Source: Euprymna scolopes (lineage: Eukaryota). From it: a stretch of DNA of 64,000 nucleotides. The translations under genes were made by a program, and so were the position numbers. Below are positions 22,179 to 35,564 of this stretch, piece after piece; within the stretch, counting starts at the first letter, position 1; each line of letters begins with the position of its first letter. The DNA lies in NCBI GenBank assembly GCA_053919585.1, contig CM132783.1; one strand, 5' to 3'. The notes below the pieces were generated by a model. That model was not told the origin of the DNA and did no database searches. It saw only the letters and a program-made list of their open reading frames with translations.

Positions 22179-22525
22179 ACACACCACAATCACATTGACA
22201 CAACAGTTCCCGCCAGATCACCGAAGTTAAGCAACGTTGAGCCCGGCCAGTACCAGATGAGTGACCATTTGGGAAAGCGAGGCGCTGTGTGTAACGTGAG
22301 GGAAAATACTAGGTTGAAAAATTGGCGCGGTCTATCCTTCTCTCGAGGGTAGATGGGGCTCTCTTAAGCCGTGGTAGGCACCCCATCTAGTGATGGCGTC
22401 ACTATAAAATATACCCTTGATAGTCCTGGCGAAGCATCAAGTATTCAACTACCGACAAAATTTGAATTACACTAAAAACTCGTGTAGTGTATTCAATAAC
22501 AGCTGCGGCCGCACTGGATGGATGG
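22179..22525 (+). mobile_element. 5S rRNA-derived SINE (SINE3-like), full length
   Basis: 5S head 22179-22292 (GATCACCGAAGTTAAGCAACG...GATGAGTGACC..TGGGAA), unrelated body, (GGAT)n tail, 10-bp TSD ATAGCAGACA at 22172-22181 and 22526-22535. Confidence 0.88.
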
Positions 22526-22804
22526 ATAGCAGACAAACGTACCTGCTAATTGGAAACCGTATGGCAGACTAATGAAACAGCTTATTTAATTCTAGACCTG
22601 TTAGATGGGCAAATTGTTGCTCCAAACTTAACAACTGTGCATAGATAAAATCTAATTTAAAAATGTAAGCATTAAAGGTAAATGAAATGTTATGTTAAAC
22701 TTCAGCCTGATCTTAATGAAACTACTTGACTGAACTTCAATCTCTTGTTTCATAATGTGAAGGGTTTGCACCACGGACTTGTCATTCTACTGCAAAAATA
22801 AAAA

Positions 22805-22965
22805 CAACTTTCCTTTCTTGTCTCACGTGTCAAGCATCAAATAGAAATTCTATGAACACTGTTTCTTCCCAAGAACCCATCATCTGTAAAACACGGGGTT
22901 ACTTCTTCAAGAGCTACAATATCGTTATCTTCAAGTCCAATGTAAGAAAATACTTGTTATTACTT
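22805..22965 (+). mobile_element. Old LINE 3' remnant related to 6002-7270
   Basis: Decayed RKFYEHCFFPRTHHL and YNIVIFKSNVRKYL match the C-terminus of the other copies. Confidence 0.55.
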
Positions 22966-23126
22966 GTTTGCATGATCAATCGAACTTTGGTAATACTATT
23001 ATATCAACACTTATTCACTCTCAAGTATCGTTACCACCGTCTACGTAATACACACATTAACGATTATCATTCGAATGACCCTATGACCTTGATAAGCGAT
23101 TATTCTTTCATACATCAAAAAGGTAA

Positions 23127-23756
23127 TCTATATAATTATAAAACTCAAATGACCTTGCAACGGGCGTTGTAACCCATATCCGGTTTAGGACTTCCAGTTG
23201 CGCTTGCGTATATAAACATAAGCCCATAACAGCGTAAACAAATAAACACAAATCGCTACTTTTGCAGAATTGACCTTTCTTAAAAACATTCATACATTTT
23301 CTTCTACACAACCATCATAAATAAATAACCCCGAAAATATGTTTTTTATTTGCGTTACAAATAAATAATCAACGCGATAATAAAACGTATTGTTTTACTG
23401 TGTACGTTTTCAGCATCCCAAATGTGTTTTTTTTGCGTATAAATTAAAAGAGATATTAAAATTTGGTTTTAACTTTATGTATTATGGTGTCTGTCCAGTG
23501 AACATTTACCTATGAGTATGGCAAACCACTTATAATTCAGTGGATGTATATTTTTCAAAAAGTAAACAATTCTAAACAGAACGACTCATAGAATCTCTCT
23601 CTCTATATATATTCTTTTTTCATTTTAATATACTTTAATAGAAATGTTTCTCTTATGTCACAAAAACCTGTTTTCTTTACGTCACAAGTGTCACGCTCAT
23701 ATATTAATTCCATAGCTAAAATAAAATACTGACCCAACGGGTCACGGGTAGTCTAC
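23127..23756 (+). mobile_element. Non-autonomous Helitron family C (internally deleted copy)
   Basis: A|TCTATATAATTATAAAA start; TGACCC-AAC-GGGTCA hairpin; CTAC|T end; colinear with 36938-37736. Confidence 0.8.
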
Positions 23757-26378
23757 TTTTTTGTTTTTTTATAAAGCTGCATTTAGTTCGGTTTGTGTGG
23801 TTTCTTTATTGTCACCGACAAACTAAGAACACGAACAAACATTTATCTCACACATAATATTATATTACAGTAAATAATCCATATCAGCGATAGATCATGA
23901 CATGGTTCCACTGTACATAAAAAGGGGGATTTAAAATATATTACTCAATGGAGAACTCGTTCAAACATTTACGTTTTTCATATAGATTTCCAAAGGCAAT
24001 ATTTTGGAATAAAATTAGCATCGCATTCATCATTGCTTATATTTGTCGCATGAAATAGAGTTAGTGTCAATGCAGTAAAAAAAAAAAAACAACATTTTTC
24101 ATATCTTGATGTAAAATTAGGATTCATTCATCATTTGTTTCGATCGTTGAACATTTATATCTTTGGATACATTTTGAACAGCGAAGATTTTTAAAGGAAA
24201 TTAACGACCGATTCATTCTTGAAATATTTCTTTTAATAAACGCAACCCGTGAGCATCTATTTATGGAAACCAGATTTTCTATATAATCACCGACGGTTAT
24301 TATAATCGGGGCTTTAGCTTCTCTGCTACTTTCACAGTGGCTCCCACTTCTTTAAACAAAAAAACGCCGCTACATCCCCCCCGCTTCATCTGAACCTTAA
24401 AATAACCAGTTGAAAACAACACATTTTCAGTATCATTTAGAAATAAGTACCTATTTAGTTGCCTCCACATTGTTTGATGAAAAATGAGCCCTGCAATCTT
24501 TGGGTGCAACAAATACGCGCACAACAAGAGAGCGCATCTATTTTTCTAAAGCTCTGATAATTTATAATTTTCATGTGTCCCCAGTTTTCTTGAATATTTC
24601 CGCAGTTTAATAACAGCAAACAGTGATACNNNNNNNNNNNNNNNNNNNNNNNNNNNNNNNNNNNNNNNNNNNNNNNNNNNNNNNNNNNNNNNNNNNNNNN
24701 NNNNNNNNNNNNNNNNNNNNNNNNNNNNNNNNNNNNNNNNNNNNNNNNNNNNNNNNNNNNNNNGATTTTGCAAAACCAATCAGTGTGGCTAGATGCAGCA
24801 AAAACAGATTAGATCCTATCTTTGAACGTACATCACTGTGACTGCCCAGCTCCATTATTCTCTGCACAAACTTGTCCGCTGTCAGAAAACAATAAACTTA
24901 TCTTCTGTGAAACGAATTTTTGTATGCCGTTATTTATTTTATTTGATTCTGAAACCATAGAGGGTTCAATTCTTTTTACGATCGATTTTTACTTATACGT
25001 TCAAGTGGAAATCATCATTTGTTCTATCAGAGTGATCCCATTGCGAATGCATATGAGGATAAAATACACGATATATCAGGAAATAAGATCGTGGAGAAAG
25101 GATGTATGAACATTAAAAAAAAATCATTACATACAGAAAGAAAAATCAAACGTGAGGTATTTGACTGGTTTCGTTCGAAATAACATCTTTAAAATGAAGA
25201 TTAGAAATTTCATGAAAAACACATTAGGATAGAATATGCAAAATAGATGTTTTTGTTGCGTGAGTAACTATTTGAAAATTATGCGTCGCGTTCGAAAATA
25301 ACATTAAATAAAAAAACAAAAAACAAACAAGGCAAGGAGAAAAATAGAAAAATAAAAACAAGGATCAATTGCAGTAAAACTATCAAGTACTTAACCAAGA
25401 TCAAAGTTTTTTTTTTTTATGCAATGGCGAAAGATATTACATTGTTTAAGCACAATGTTTGCAAGAAGTTTGATTAAGGAATACGAGCAAAGACTAAAAT
25501 TTACATTTAATGTTGATGAAAGACAAATCTAAGCACTTTCGAAACATTTGCGGCATGAGAAAGAATTCATTTTGTACGATCAAAATTATGCGCTAAAGTG
25601 TTTGACTAGTGTGCCAGTTTGATGGTTGTCTTTGGGATTCTGTTTGTATTCGTAAATGCGAGATTTGGTAGCTCTTGTCGTCTCGCCGATAGATAACCTC
25701 GAAAATTAGGCACATCATTAGACTCTTTTATAATCCCACGTGCAACTGCATATTTCAGCCGTTCAATTTTAAATTCTAAATTGCAAGTGCTTCTTAAACA
25801 GTCGATTTCCTTTTATTATTTTGATCCATACGTAGGATCAACGCTGTTTTCGAACGTGCAAATTCCATTCAGTCTTAATTTCCAACCTCTGAACACGTGC
25901 AAGATTTGCCGCAACGATCATACTGTAAAAACATATTTCCTGAAAAAATATTATTTTAATATTCGAAAACTTGAAAAAAAAACCCAATTTATTTCAATAA
26001 ATAAACATGTGTGTAAAAATCAATTTTGCAATTGTCTGGTTATCTTAACCGTTANNNNNNNNNNNNNNNNNNNNNNNNNNNNNNNNNNNNNNNNNNNNNN
26101 NNNNNNNNNNNNNNNNNNNNNNNNNNNNNNNNNNNNNNNNNNNNNNNNNNNNNNNNNNNNNNNNNNNNNNNNNNNNNNNNNNNNNNNNNNNNCTTTGTTG
26201 CTGACGAACTGAGATATGATTTCTAATTTCCTACTTTCTAATAATGGGTTAGTTATTGATACGATACCTTACAGGGAATACTGCTCAGGTGCTTTTCTCG
26301 GCAGGACTACATTTATCCTAGTGCACTTCCTCCTAAAAACCATATCTGACTTTGTGCTTCACCTGCAGACAAGGAAGT

Positions 26379-26417
<39 letters not shown>

Positions 26418-26661
26418 ATATATATATATATATATATATAGTATGTTTGTATGCGTGTGCGTAAGGTGGAAAAATAACAAAGGCGCCCGAAAATACGACA
26501 TAAATAATATGGGCGACCGCGAAAAGTATGTATATTTTATGAAAAAATATGTGTAATGTTTTGCCTATTTGAACATCTTGGGAGGTCCGTAGGCAGAGAC
26601 ACAATATTTACGTGCATATGTATGTACACGTGTTTGTATTAACATATCTGTATACCTGTTT

Positions 26662-26724
<63 letters not shown>

Positions 26725-26895
26725 TATTGAGTTGAAGCAATAAGAAAGGATAATATGATGTGGTCGGCGTGTTTGTAACGGAAAAAATTATTTGATTTTC
26801 CACGAAGAAAAAAATATAGAAAAACACGAATATCAACTGAATAGAATATAAAAATGAGTTTTGAAAGGGAAATGGAAATGGATTGTTGAAAGCCG

Positions 26896-26956
<61 letters not shown>

Positions 26957-27056
26957 TGTGTGTGTGTGTCATTGGTGTTATGTTCGAAAAATCGATAGAG
27001 GTACAGATAATCAATAAACGCAATAAATATAGTAATATAAAAAATATGTTATTTTG

Positions 27057-27100
<44 letters not shown>

Positions 27101-27101
27101 C

Positions 27102-27407
27102 TCATCCACATACAGTACTGTTTCGATGTATTATAGCCCATCAGTGCCGATAGATAGGCAACTGCCTCAAGCTAGGATCGAAACCTGACCGCCCAAATGA
27201 CAGTCAAGGCTTCTCACCATTACGCTATACGACTGCTGCTGTGTAGGTAATGGATTTAACGATGTTTACTTTTGACATCGTCCTAATGCCTCCGGTCGAT
27301 TTGTTTCCATAAACACTGTCGTTTATACGCTAATGGCGATTGGTATATCACTTCCCGAAATGCTCAACCCAAGGTAGGGAGCATTATAGCCATTCACATG
27401 CAGTACT
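27102..27407 (-). mobile_element. HH family 2, second copy (one monomer)
   Basis: Colinear with 3366-3667; hammerhead CTGATGG...GAAAC-AGTACT-GTA-TGTGG with damaged core and stem II; B box GGTTTCGATCC; flanked by (TA)n. Confidence 0.88.
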
Positions 27408-27700
27408 ATATATATATTAGTAGCCTGGCAAGGCCACAGAGGAGACAACCAAGCAAATAAAATCCCTAAGCAAAATTTATCCCAAAGCAGCAAAACTGGA
27501 GCTAGCCTGCCAGGACACTATATATAAAAATCTAGACAAAATTGAGCATATTTTATTGGTTTTAAAATGTTTTTTAACCAATTGTCAGACCATTTTTACT
27601 ATAGAGTATTATAATCTTCAAATGACCTGTAAATATTGATGTAGTTTCGTCCCATAGAACCAAAAATATGAGCATTTCAATATTCAATTTGGATACGTAT

Positions 27701-27777
<77 letters not shown>

Positions 27778-28109
27778 TTGTATACCTCTATAAAATTTTT
27801 TTGTGTGTATGTACAGATATTCATATTACAACTTTTTTTATATTTTTTTCAAAAGAAAATAACACTTTATTCTATATTGGTCAGGGAATTGCATTCAGCT
27901 GCAAAATATCTAGCTAATTTACATACTCTTTTAAACATGCATTGTAATTGATCCCTTATTATTTTTTCCGGTTTTCCTATGGAATGATAATCTAAGTTTT
28001 TATTACGTGTAATTATATTCATGCAGATAGTCTACATGATTTATACTTGTGTAATATTTGGGTAAAAACGTGATAGTAAACACAAACATTCATACATATA
28101 TTTATATAT

Positions 28110-29617
28110 GCGCATATATATTTGTTTAAAAAAATTACATACTAAACTCTCTGTCAGTTTTTGGTCTACAGACATGAAACTTAATGTATAGGGTATTCAG
28201 ATCCATGCGAAAATTTATACTTTGGTTTTAGCCGAGGAAAATCCGTGAAAAAGTGTAAACATTAAAAAATGTAGTTGGCCAGGTGTAGGTCGAACAACGG
28301 CATTACGAATATGCCTGCGTAACGTAATTACTACTGGTTCACATTTTAATTTTTAGCCTTGTAGCAAACATTTCTTCAGAGCTCAGGCATTCACGAAAGA
28401 GGGGATATATACCATATGAGAAATATTTAGAATCAAGTCTTCCCTTGCTGTTATTTCAAATCATTTGAAACCATAACAGCAAGTTTACGTCTCTCCTATA
28501 TCAAGGCTAGAGGTTTTGGGGATAAAGATATATTTTTTGATTTGCTATTTGCTTTCTTGTTTCACTTCACTTATTGAAAAAGTTACGCTCACAGTATAGA
28601 AAATGCGCTTGATTTTACTCGGCAACCATTCGTGTGAAGTTATAACACGACATGAAAGAAGTGCCAAGCGGTAGTTTCAAAGTCATTACAATATTATAAG
28701 TATAATTCTAGTTTTTTACATCGTATATGAAATTATACTGCACCATAACTTTATATTATTAACATTTAATTATGATATTATTACTTTAGAATGGTAAACA
28801 AGAGAGATAGGACTAACAAATCGTTATAGTCTCCAATAAGTTGTTCATTTATACAAACAAAAATGATGCTGTCCTTGCGAACTGAACGTTTGATCCGGTC
28901 CTGAATTCTTTCTTTCCATTTAAAATGTGATCTGAAAATCCGGCACTTCTGCAATACTGCGTGGTAACTTGGTTTTTGGATTTCAGTTTGTAGAATATTA
29001 TTATGAGGATACATTTATTGATGATCAGTTTGCATCACTTTTCTCGAATCACCTCCTTTTTATTGGCACTGATACAATAACATTAATTAGAGATCTCCAT
29101 GTTGGTTGCTCACACATTGGAAATCCTGAAAATCTCTACATTTACACAACTGTTAGAGGTCGCACGCAAAATGTTGTTTATGTAGAGACTCTCTAAAATT
29201 AACGCTAAGTGTACATTTACAAGTTTTCGGATATGCATTGCTGGAAGCTAAATTTAAACTATTTCATTAATAGAAAATATTACTAATGTCATCTTTATAT
29301 ATAGTGTACATTAAATAGTTATAACTAGAAATAAGTTAAGTTGTCAGATATGCACTATGATACAAAATAAAAATAATTGCAATTCTCACATATTATTTTG
29401 AAAGAAAAAAGGACTAAAAGTTAAAAGATTTGAACTAGAAAAAATATTAGATTTACTGGCGAGACCTCCACAAATTAAAACGCATCTACTGCTTTATAGG
29501 TTAGTGGAAACGCCATTATGAATTAATGTTTTGCTTAATCGATATAAAAATTATGTATGAGGGCAGAATATTAAAATATATCAAATACAGCCTGGCAATA
29601 CCGGGTATTTCAGCTAG
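28110..29617 (+). mobile_element. Helitron deletion derivative (family D) with helicase C-terminal remnant
   Basis: LHVGCSHIGNPENLYIY...RTQNVVYVETL* (29095-29196) resembles the RepHel/PIF1 C-terminus; CCTGGCAATACCGGG hairpin + CTAG|T; 28226-28405 is homologous to 38806-38980. 5' boundary approximate. Confidence 0.7.
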
Positions 29618-29664
29618 TATGTTTAGTAAATAAAAATAATTACACACACACACACACACATATA

Positions 29665-29860
29665 TCACGGTAAAGCTAGAACCAGAATTAGATAGAATCG
29701 AACAATTGCATCGACAATGGAAATGCCAGACCCAAAGTGGGGTTCGATGTACTGCATCTCATCAGTGACGTGCTCCGACATAGGCGCGAACCCAGATCGT
29801 CGCACTCATGAAGTGTGCAATACTGACGACCTAACCATATGGGCCACGGCGCAATCTATT
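29665..29860 (-). mobile_element. tRNA-headed repeat with hammerhead (HH family 3)
   Basis: tRNA-like head 29771-29852 (TGGCCCATATGG, GGTTCGCGCC) directly followed by GUCA-CUGAUGA-GAUG cagua CAUC-GAAC-CCC acuuu GGG-UC-UGGC (29725-29769). Confidence 0.72.
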
Positions 29861-30199
29861 GGCTATATATCGTGAAAGGTTATGTGAACGAGTATTTATA
29901 TATCTATTTATAATNNNNNNNNNNNNNNNNNNNNNNNNNNNNNNNNNNNNNNNNNNNNNNNNNNNNNNNNNNNNNNNNNNNNNNNNNNNNNNNNNNNNNN
30001 NNNNNNNNNNNNNNNNNNNNNNNNNNNNNNNNNNNNNNNNNNNNNNNNCAATCAATAGAAAGCTTCTGTCTAGTAATACCGTTTTTATTTTCCAATTTTC
30101 CGTATTGTCTTTTTTGAATATACATTGAATGTATGGATGGCTGGTCCAATCATTTTTTTTCCGAAGTGTCCTCTGTTTTAACTTTTCGTGTATTCATGC

Positions 30200-31240
30200 A
30201 CGCATTATTAAGAATGTGTGTGCTAGGCTCTGCAGGGAATTGTGGACAGCTTTTTTTTTAATTATTAGTTGGGGTGCGAGCTAAAGTCATTGGGAATGCT
30301 AGTGGCGGTGGGGTGTAAGTGTCATGGAAAAAGGAAGGAGAGCCTGCCAGTTCTGGGGTCAGTAGCAGGAAAGGGTTGAGTGTACTGGAAGGGGAGAGTT
30401 ATGCTAGGCATTTAAGTATATTGGTAGTGTTCTTAGATGCGACCTAATTATGGTAAGGTTTTTGCGTTTTGATATAAATAGGTTCGAGCATTTTAAGATT
30501 TACATTTGTTACGTGGTGTAATATTTTTTGTGCTGTTAAGTAAAATTGCTCTGAAATTAAAGGAGGGCAGTGATGTTTATTATATAAAGGTTTGAAGTTG
30601 GCAGTAGATTCAAGATTATGGCAGGTGGGGTGACGTGATAATGTTGTGATCGTATGTTTGATGTAAATATCAGTAAGAGTGTATTTATATGAGTTACATT
30701 CTCTCCGGTGGAATTTGAACTGAAAGATGGCGTTGGTGCATTCAAGTGGTTTTAGAGGAGGAGGACTTGTTTTTATTACAAAGTTTTAGGTTTTAAAGTT
30801 TTTATAGTAAATGCTGAATCGTATGTAATGATTGTCCTAAGGAAAGACCTATCTATGAATGATGTTTTTTTATAGCGATTTCTTCTTACTTAAAGCCCTG
30901 ATGCATTTAATTGCAGTAGATTAAATTGATTGCATTAGAGTTATGATGTTGTGGTGTATTACTGTTAATGGTGTTGTTGTTGTTTAACTTTTGCAGCATG
31001 AAATTAATGTGTACGTCAATAATATAATTTGGGAAACTATTTTTGATGAGGAATTGCTTAATATTTTTTAAGTTAGATGCGTCGTATTCTTTCGCTGAAA
31101 AATATAAGTTTTGGTCAGTTAAGGAGGATTTTAATGCTGGCTATTTTGTAACGTTAGCGGCATTTGCCTTGAAATTTAGAAGTCAAGAATTATAGCAGGT
31201 AGGTTTTTCTTGTAGTTAAAAATGCTAAAAGTGTTATTGG
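30200..31240 (-). mobile_element. Possible highly decayed Penelope-like RT remnant
   Basis: Strong AC skew on the minus strand; TDIYIKHT followed by a frameshifted SQHY...CH resembles the PLE thumb motif TDIYxKPT. Weak. Confidence 0.3.
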
Positions 31241-31699
31241 ACACACACACACATATACATATATAGACATANNNNNNNNNNNNNNNNNNNNNNNNNNNNN
31301 NNNNNNNNNNNNNNNNNNNNNNNNNNNNNNNNNNNNNNNNNNNNNNNNNNNNNNNNNNNNNNNNNNNNNNNNNNNNNNNNNNNNNNNNNNNNNNNNNNNN
31401 NNNNNNNNNNNNNNNNNNNNNNNNNNNNNNNNNNNNNNNNNNNNNNNNNNNNNNNNNNNNNNNNNNNNNNNNNNNNNNNNNNNNNNNNNNNNNNNNNNNN
31501 NNNNNNNNNNNNNNNNNNNNNNNNNTATATGTACATATAGATATACTTATATATATATTNNNNNNNNNNNNNNNNNNNNNNNNNNNNNNNNNNNNNNNNN
31601 NNNNNNNNNNNNNNNNNNNNNNNNNNNNNNNNNNNNNNNNNNNNNNNNNNNNNNNNNNNNNNNNNNNNNNNNNNNNNNNNNNNNNNNNNNNNNNNNNNN

Positions 31700-32190
31700 N
31701 TATATATATATACTTATTCATATGTACATATATATACTTATACATATATATATATATACTTATACATATGAACATGTATATATACTCATACATATGAACA
31801 TGTATATATACTCATACATATGAACATGTATATATACTCATACTTATGAACATGCATATATATACTTATACATATGAACATACATATATATACTTATACA
31901 TATGAACATACATATATATACTTATACATATGAACATACATATATATATACTTATACATATGAATATATATATATACTTATACATATATATATATACTTA
32001 TACATATGAACATGTATATATATACTCATACTTATGAACATGCATATATACTCATACATATGAACATACATATATATACTTATACATATAAATATATATA
32101 TACTTATATATATATATACTTATACATATGTACATATATATGCTTGTACATATGTGCATATATTATATATATATATATATATTATATTAT
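31700..32190. repeat. TA-derived minisatellite (about 26-30-bp unit)
   Basis: Repeated TATATACTTATACATATGAACATACA variants next to assembly gaps. Confidence 0.85.
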
Positions 32191-32918
32191 TACTTCATCT
32201 AATCACATGAATAAATATACGATGATGAAATTTTACGTGATTATTTTTCAGTATTTACTTCAACACTGCTCAATACATAGGGAGAGCTCGGTATCAAGTT
32301 ATGAAAATATACATGGCAATTAAGCCCGAAGAATTCTCACGAGAATGAAACGTGGAATATTCTGGGTAGCTTAATTGTCATATATATTTTTATAACTTAC
32401 TATATATATCATATATTAGATATACGAGGAAAAATTCAACTCGCTGTATTCTTCTATTTGGCATTAGTTAAATTATTTTGATCAGGAAAGTGAGTTTGCA
32501 AAGCCTGTTACATATCAAAGGAGAGATTTGATTAAGTTTAGAAATAATTTTTTTCTTTTATCTTTCTACATTTGTCTTTTCTTTTTTCAATCACTTCTAT
32601 ATCACTTTTGACTGTTAATGAAGGGAGAGGGAGAGAGAGTGGTAAGGGAAATGAAATTAATAGATACAATAAACAATTAGAACGGTGTCTCCAATAGAAT
32701 ACAATAGAAAAGAAAGAGATAGACGGGCAGTTCATAAGATATGGGTCACTTGGTGAGTTAATAGCAAATTATTTTCAATAATAAGAAAATAAAATTGATT
32801 TTTTGTCCAAATATAACTCAATCACAAAACCAAAGGATTTGTATGTTTTATGATTCAAATATAGAGGGTAAAAAACCTAAGGGAGACAAACCATTACTAA
32901 CTCATTTTATACACACAC

Positions 32919-32961
<43 letters not shown>

Positions 32962-34080
32962 TCTCTCCCAGTATCTCTCTGAGGAAGAAAGAGAACAAAA
33001 GTCAGACAAGCAGTCATAAAACCAAAATACCTGTCTAGGGCAGGCAAAATTAACTTCCCGAACAAAATTATTTGCTACTATTAATAGTCTCCATCCGATG
33101 ATTTAAATTCACATATAATATATAATTTTATTAAAATTTCGTTTTTAATTCTCATTCTAATTTTGATCATAACTCATTGCATGGTTTTGATTTTAGAAAT
33201 TGTCTAAAATTAAATAGATAAACAGAAGTGATTTTAAAAATTGGAATTCCAAAAAATCTTGCCTCTGACTATGCATTGAATTAAATGTAAATCCGAAAAT
33301 ATTTGCATTTTCAACTCGAAATTTATAACCAGATTATCCCACTAAAACCCTTAACAATATTCTAAAGAATTCGTAATTTGGAGAATATTTTAAGTTATTA
33401 TCTAATATCTGTTAATACAATTTCAAAAATAAGAATTTTAACAAAGGATGTCAATCCCTCTTTTGGCCTTTTTGCATAAAACTACATATATTCCACATTC
33501 ATCACTATTACGCTTAGAAACTGTCCTCTAAAATTCATACTGGTCAGTTAATAAGTTAAGGAATGAATTTATTCATCGAAACATATGAATATGGCATATA
33601 TAATAATAATAATAATAATAATAAGTTTATTCGTTACTATTACGTGTTTTAACGCTTTTTAGAACTGTGTAAAAAAATCGGTTATATTACTTGTCAATCA
33701 ATGGAAAATAAAGGAAAATGAAAAGAATTTGTGAGAAAAAAAGTTTGCAATTTTCTTTTTAATTAATCGGGCCGACAACGGACATTGTTTTATGACATGT
33801 ACACGTACAACGACATTATGGTCCGCGTGTTAGCTCATAGATGAAATGAATGGTTCGGTGGGGGAAGGAAGAAGAGGTGTGATGACATTCTTGCTTGGTA
33901 ATATATGCAGAAAGCCGAGTTATTCATTTTTAATGCTGTCTTGTCAGAATTAATAACAGCTCCTTTTATCTAGCGATTCGCACATCAAAAGATGATACAT
34001 ATGGTACGTAATATTCATAGCAATAGAATAGAACCTACTGCACATAACACGGTTGACTTTGCAGTCATAATTACTACATG

Positions 34081-34424
34081 GTTGGTTGGTTGGTTGGTTG
34101 TTTTTGTTTTACGGCATATCAACCCTTTTCGGGTTATTTAATGCTGAATCCAAAGATTTTGAAGAAACATTTTTCTAATAGAGTATATTTGTTGTTTTCA
34201 CGTCGGTTTCTATTTAACCCATAGTTGGGACCCTAACAGGTACTACCACTCCGGGTCAGAGTGGACCTGGGAGCAATGATAATTAAAGGGTGGTTGCACA
34301 CTAAGCTGGGACCTCACCACTGCATATAGTTTAAGGTCATATCCAGGACCTCCATTGAGGGACTTTTACCCTCTGCAGGGGGGGGCAGTCGGCGTATTCT
34401 AATGCCCCACCGACAGGGCCTATC
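34081..34424 (-). mobile_element. SINE-like retroposon with (AACC)n tail
   Basis: 8-bp direct repeat ACTACATG on both flanks (34073-34080, 34425-34432); simple-repeat tail; decayed relatives near 62700-62810 and 63020-63110. Confidence 0.7.
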
Positions 34425-35259
34425 ACTACATGAAATTAATACATGAAATTAAGTCGCTTGGATCTACAAAGTTAGGCATAAATAGTAATGTGTCTGACAT
34501 ATTGTTATCGGAAAGAAAAAGTTAATATTTTCCCTTCTTACGCCACGTGCCTAACGTCAGCCTTACCTTATCATGTGAACTGATTGCCGCACTCGAGGGT
34601 TTTCTTTCATAGTTTAGTTGTCTCCATCAGCGACCTGTGTTGTATGGTGTAAACCCTTCTTTTGTATAATGTATTCGTATTTTTTCTTCCTTGTGTTTCG
34701 AAAGTGTTTTTATAATATCCAGAATTTTATTACCATGACGAATAAAAATTAGATATTTAGTTTACTTTCGACATCATTGTAACGTCTGTTTCGGTTGTTC
34801 GGGTACAAAGAGGGAAAACAGAGAATAGACGCTTCTCGTGAAATTCAGATTTCTCCAAAATATATGTAGGAGCATGCATATATACATACCCGCCTACACA
34901 CTCACACACGTACTCACACACATCCACCCACTAATATATCACACACATATTGGTTACATTTTCTGTTTTCTTTCCCAATCAAAACACGCATGCATACATG
35001 TACTTAACCATTCAAACATAAGTACACGCACACACACACATAAGTAAAGTGGAGAATAGGTAGGGGATGATATACACACACACACACACGCACACGCAAT
35101 CACAGACATACATATGGGTATGTATATATGTATGCTCCTACATATATTTCTGGGTATATGCGAGTATACCTGCGTGCGTGCGTATGCGTGTATATATGTA
35201 TATGTATATGTATGTGTGTGTGATTGTATGTGAGTGTGTGCTATACATGGGGGAAGAAA

Positions 35260-35564
35260 GTCATAAAAAAACAAAAACCTTCACCAAATAAATCAAAAGC
35301 CCCCTCTCTGAACTTAACTCTGACCGGACACTACCAACACTTACTGTTGGGGACAGAATGTCTGAGACCACATCATTCTGAAAAAACACATTTAGTATCA
35401 GCAGATATAAAAATACCATTTCCAACTTTCATTTAAAAAAAAACAACCTTTTTACGAAAATATCTGAAGAGAGCGAAACAAAGCTTGAAACGCGTTATAA
35501 AAAATTTTAAATAAAAATATGATAAAAGGTTGAAAACCCCACGATTGTTGATGGCTAAACTCTT

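Noticed and set aside
22179-22292. Functional 5S rRNA gene
   Set aside because: Diverged, no T-run terminator, and continues into a SINE body bounded by a TSD.
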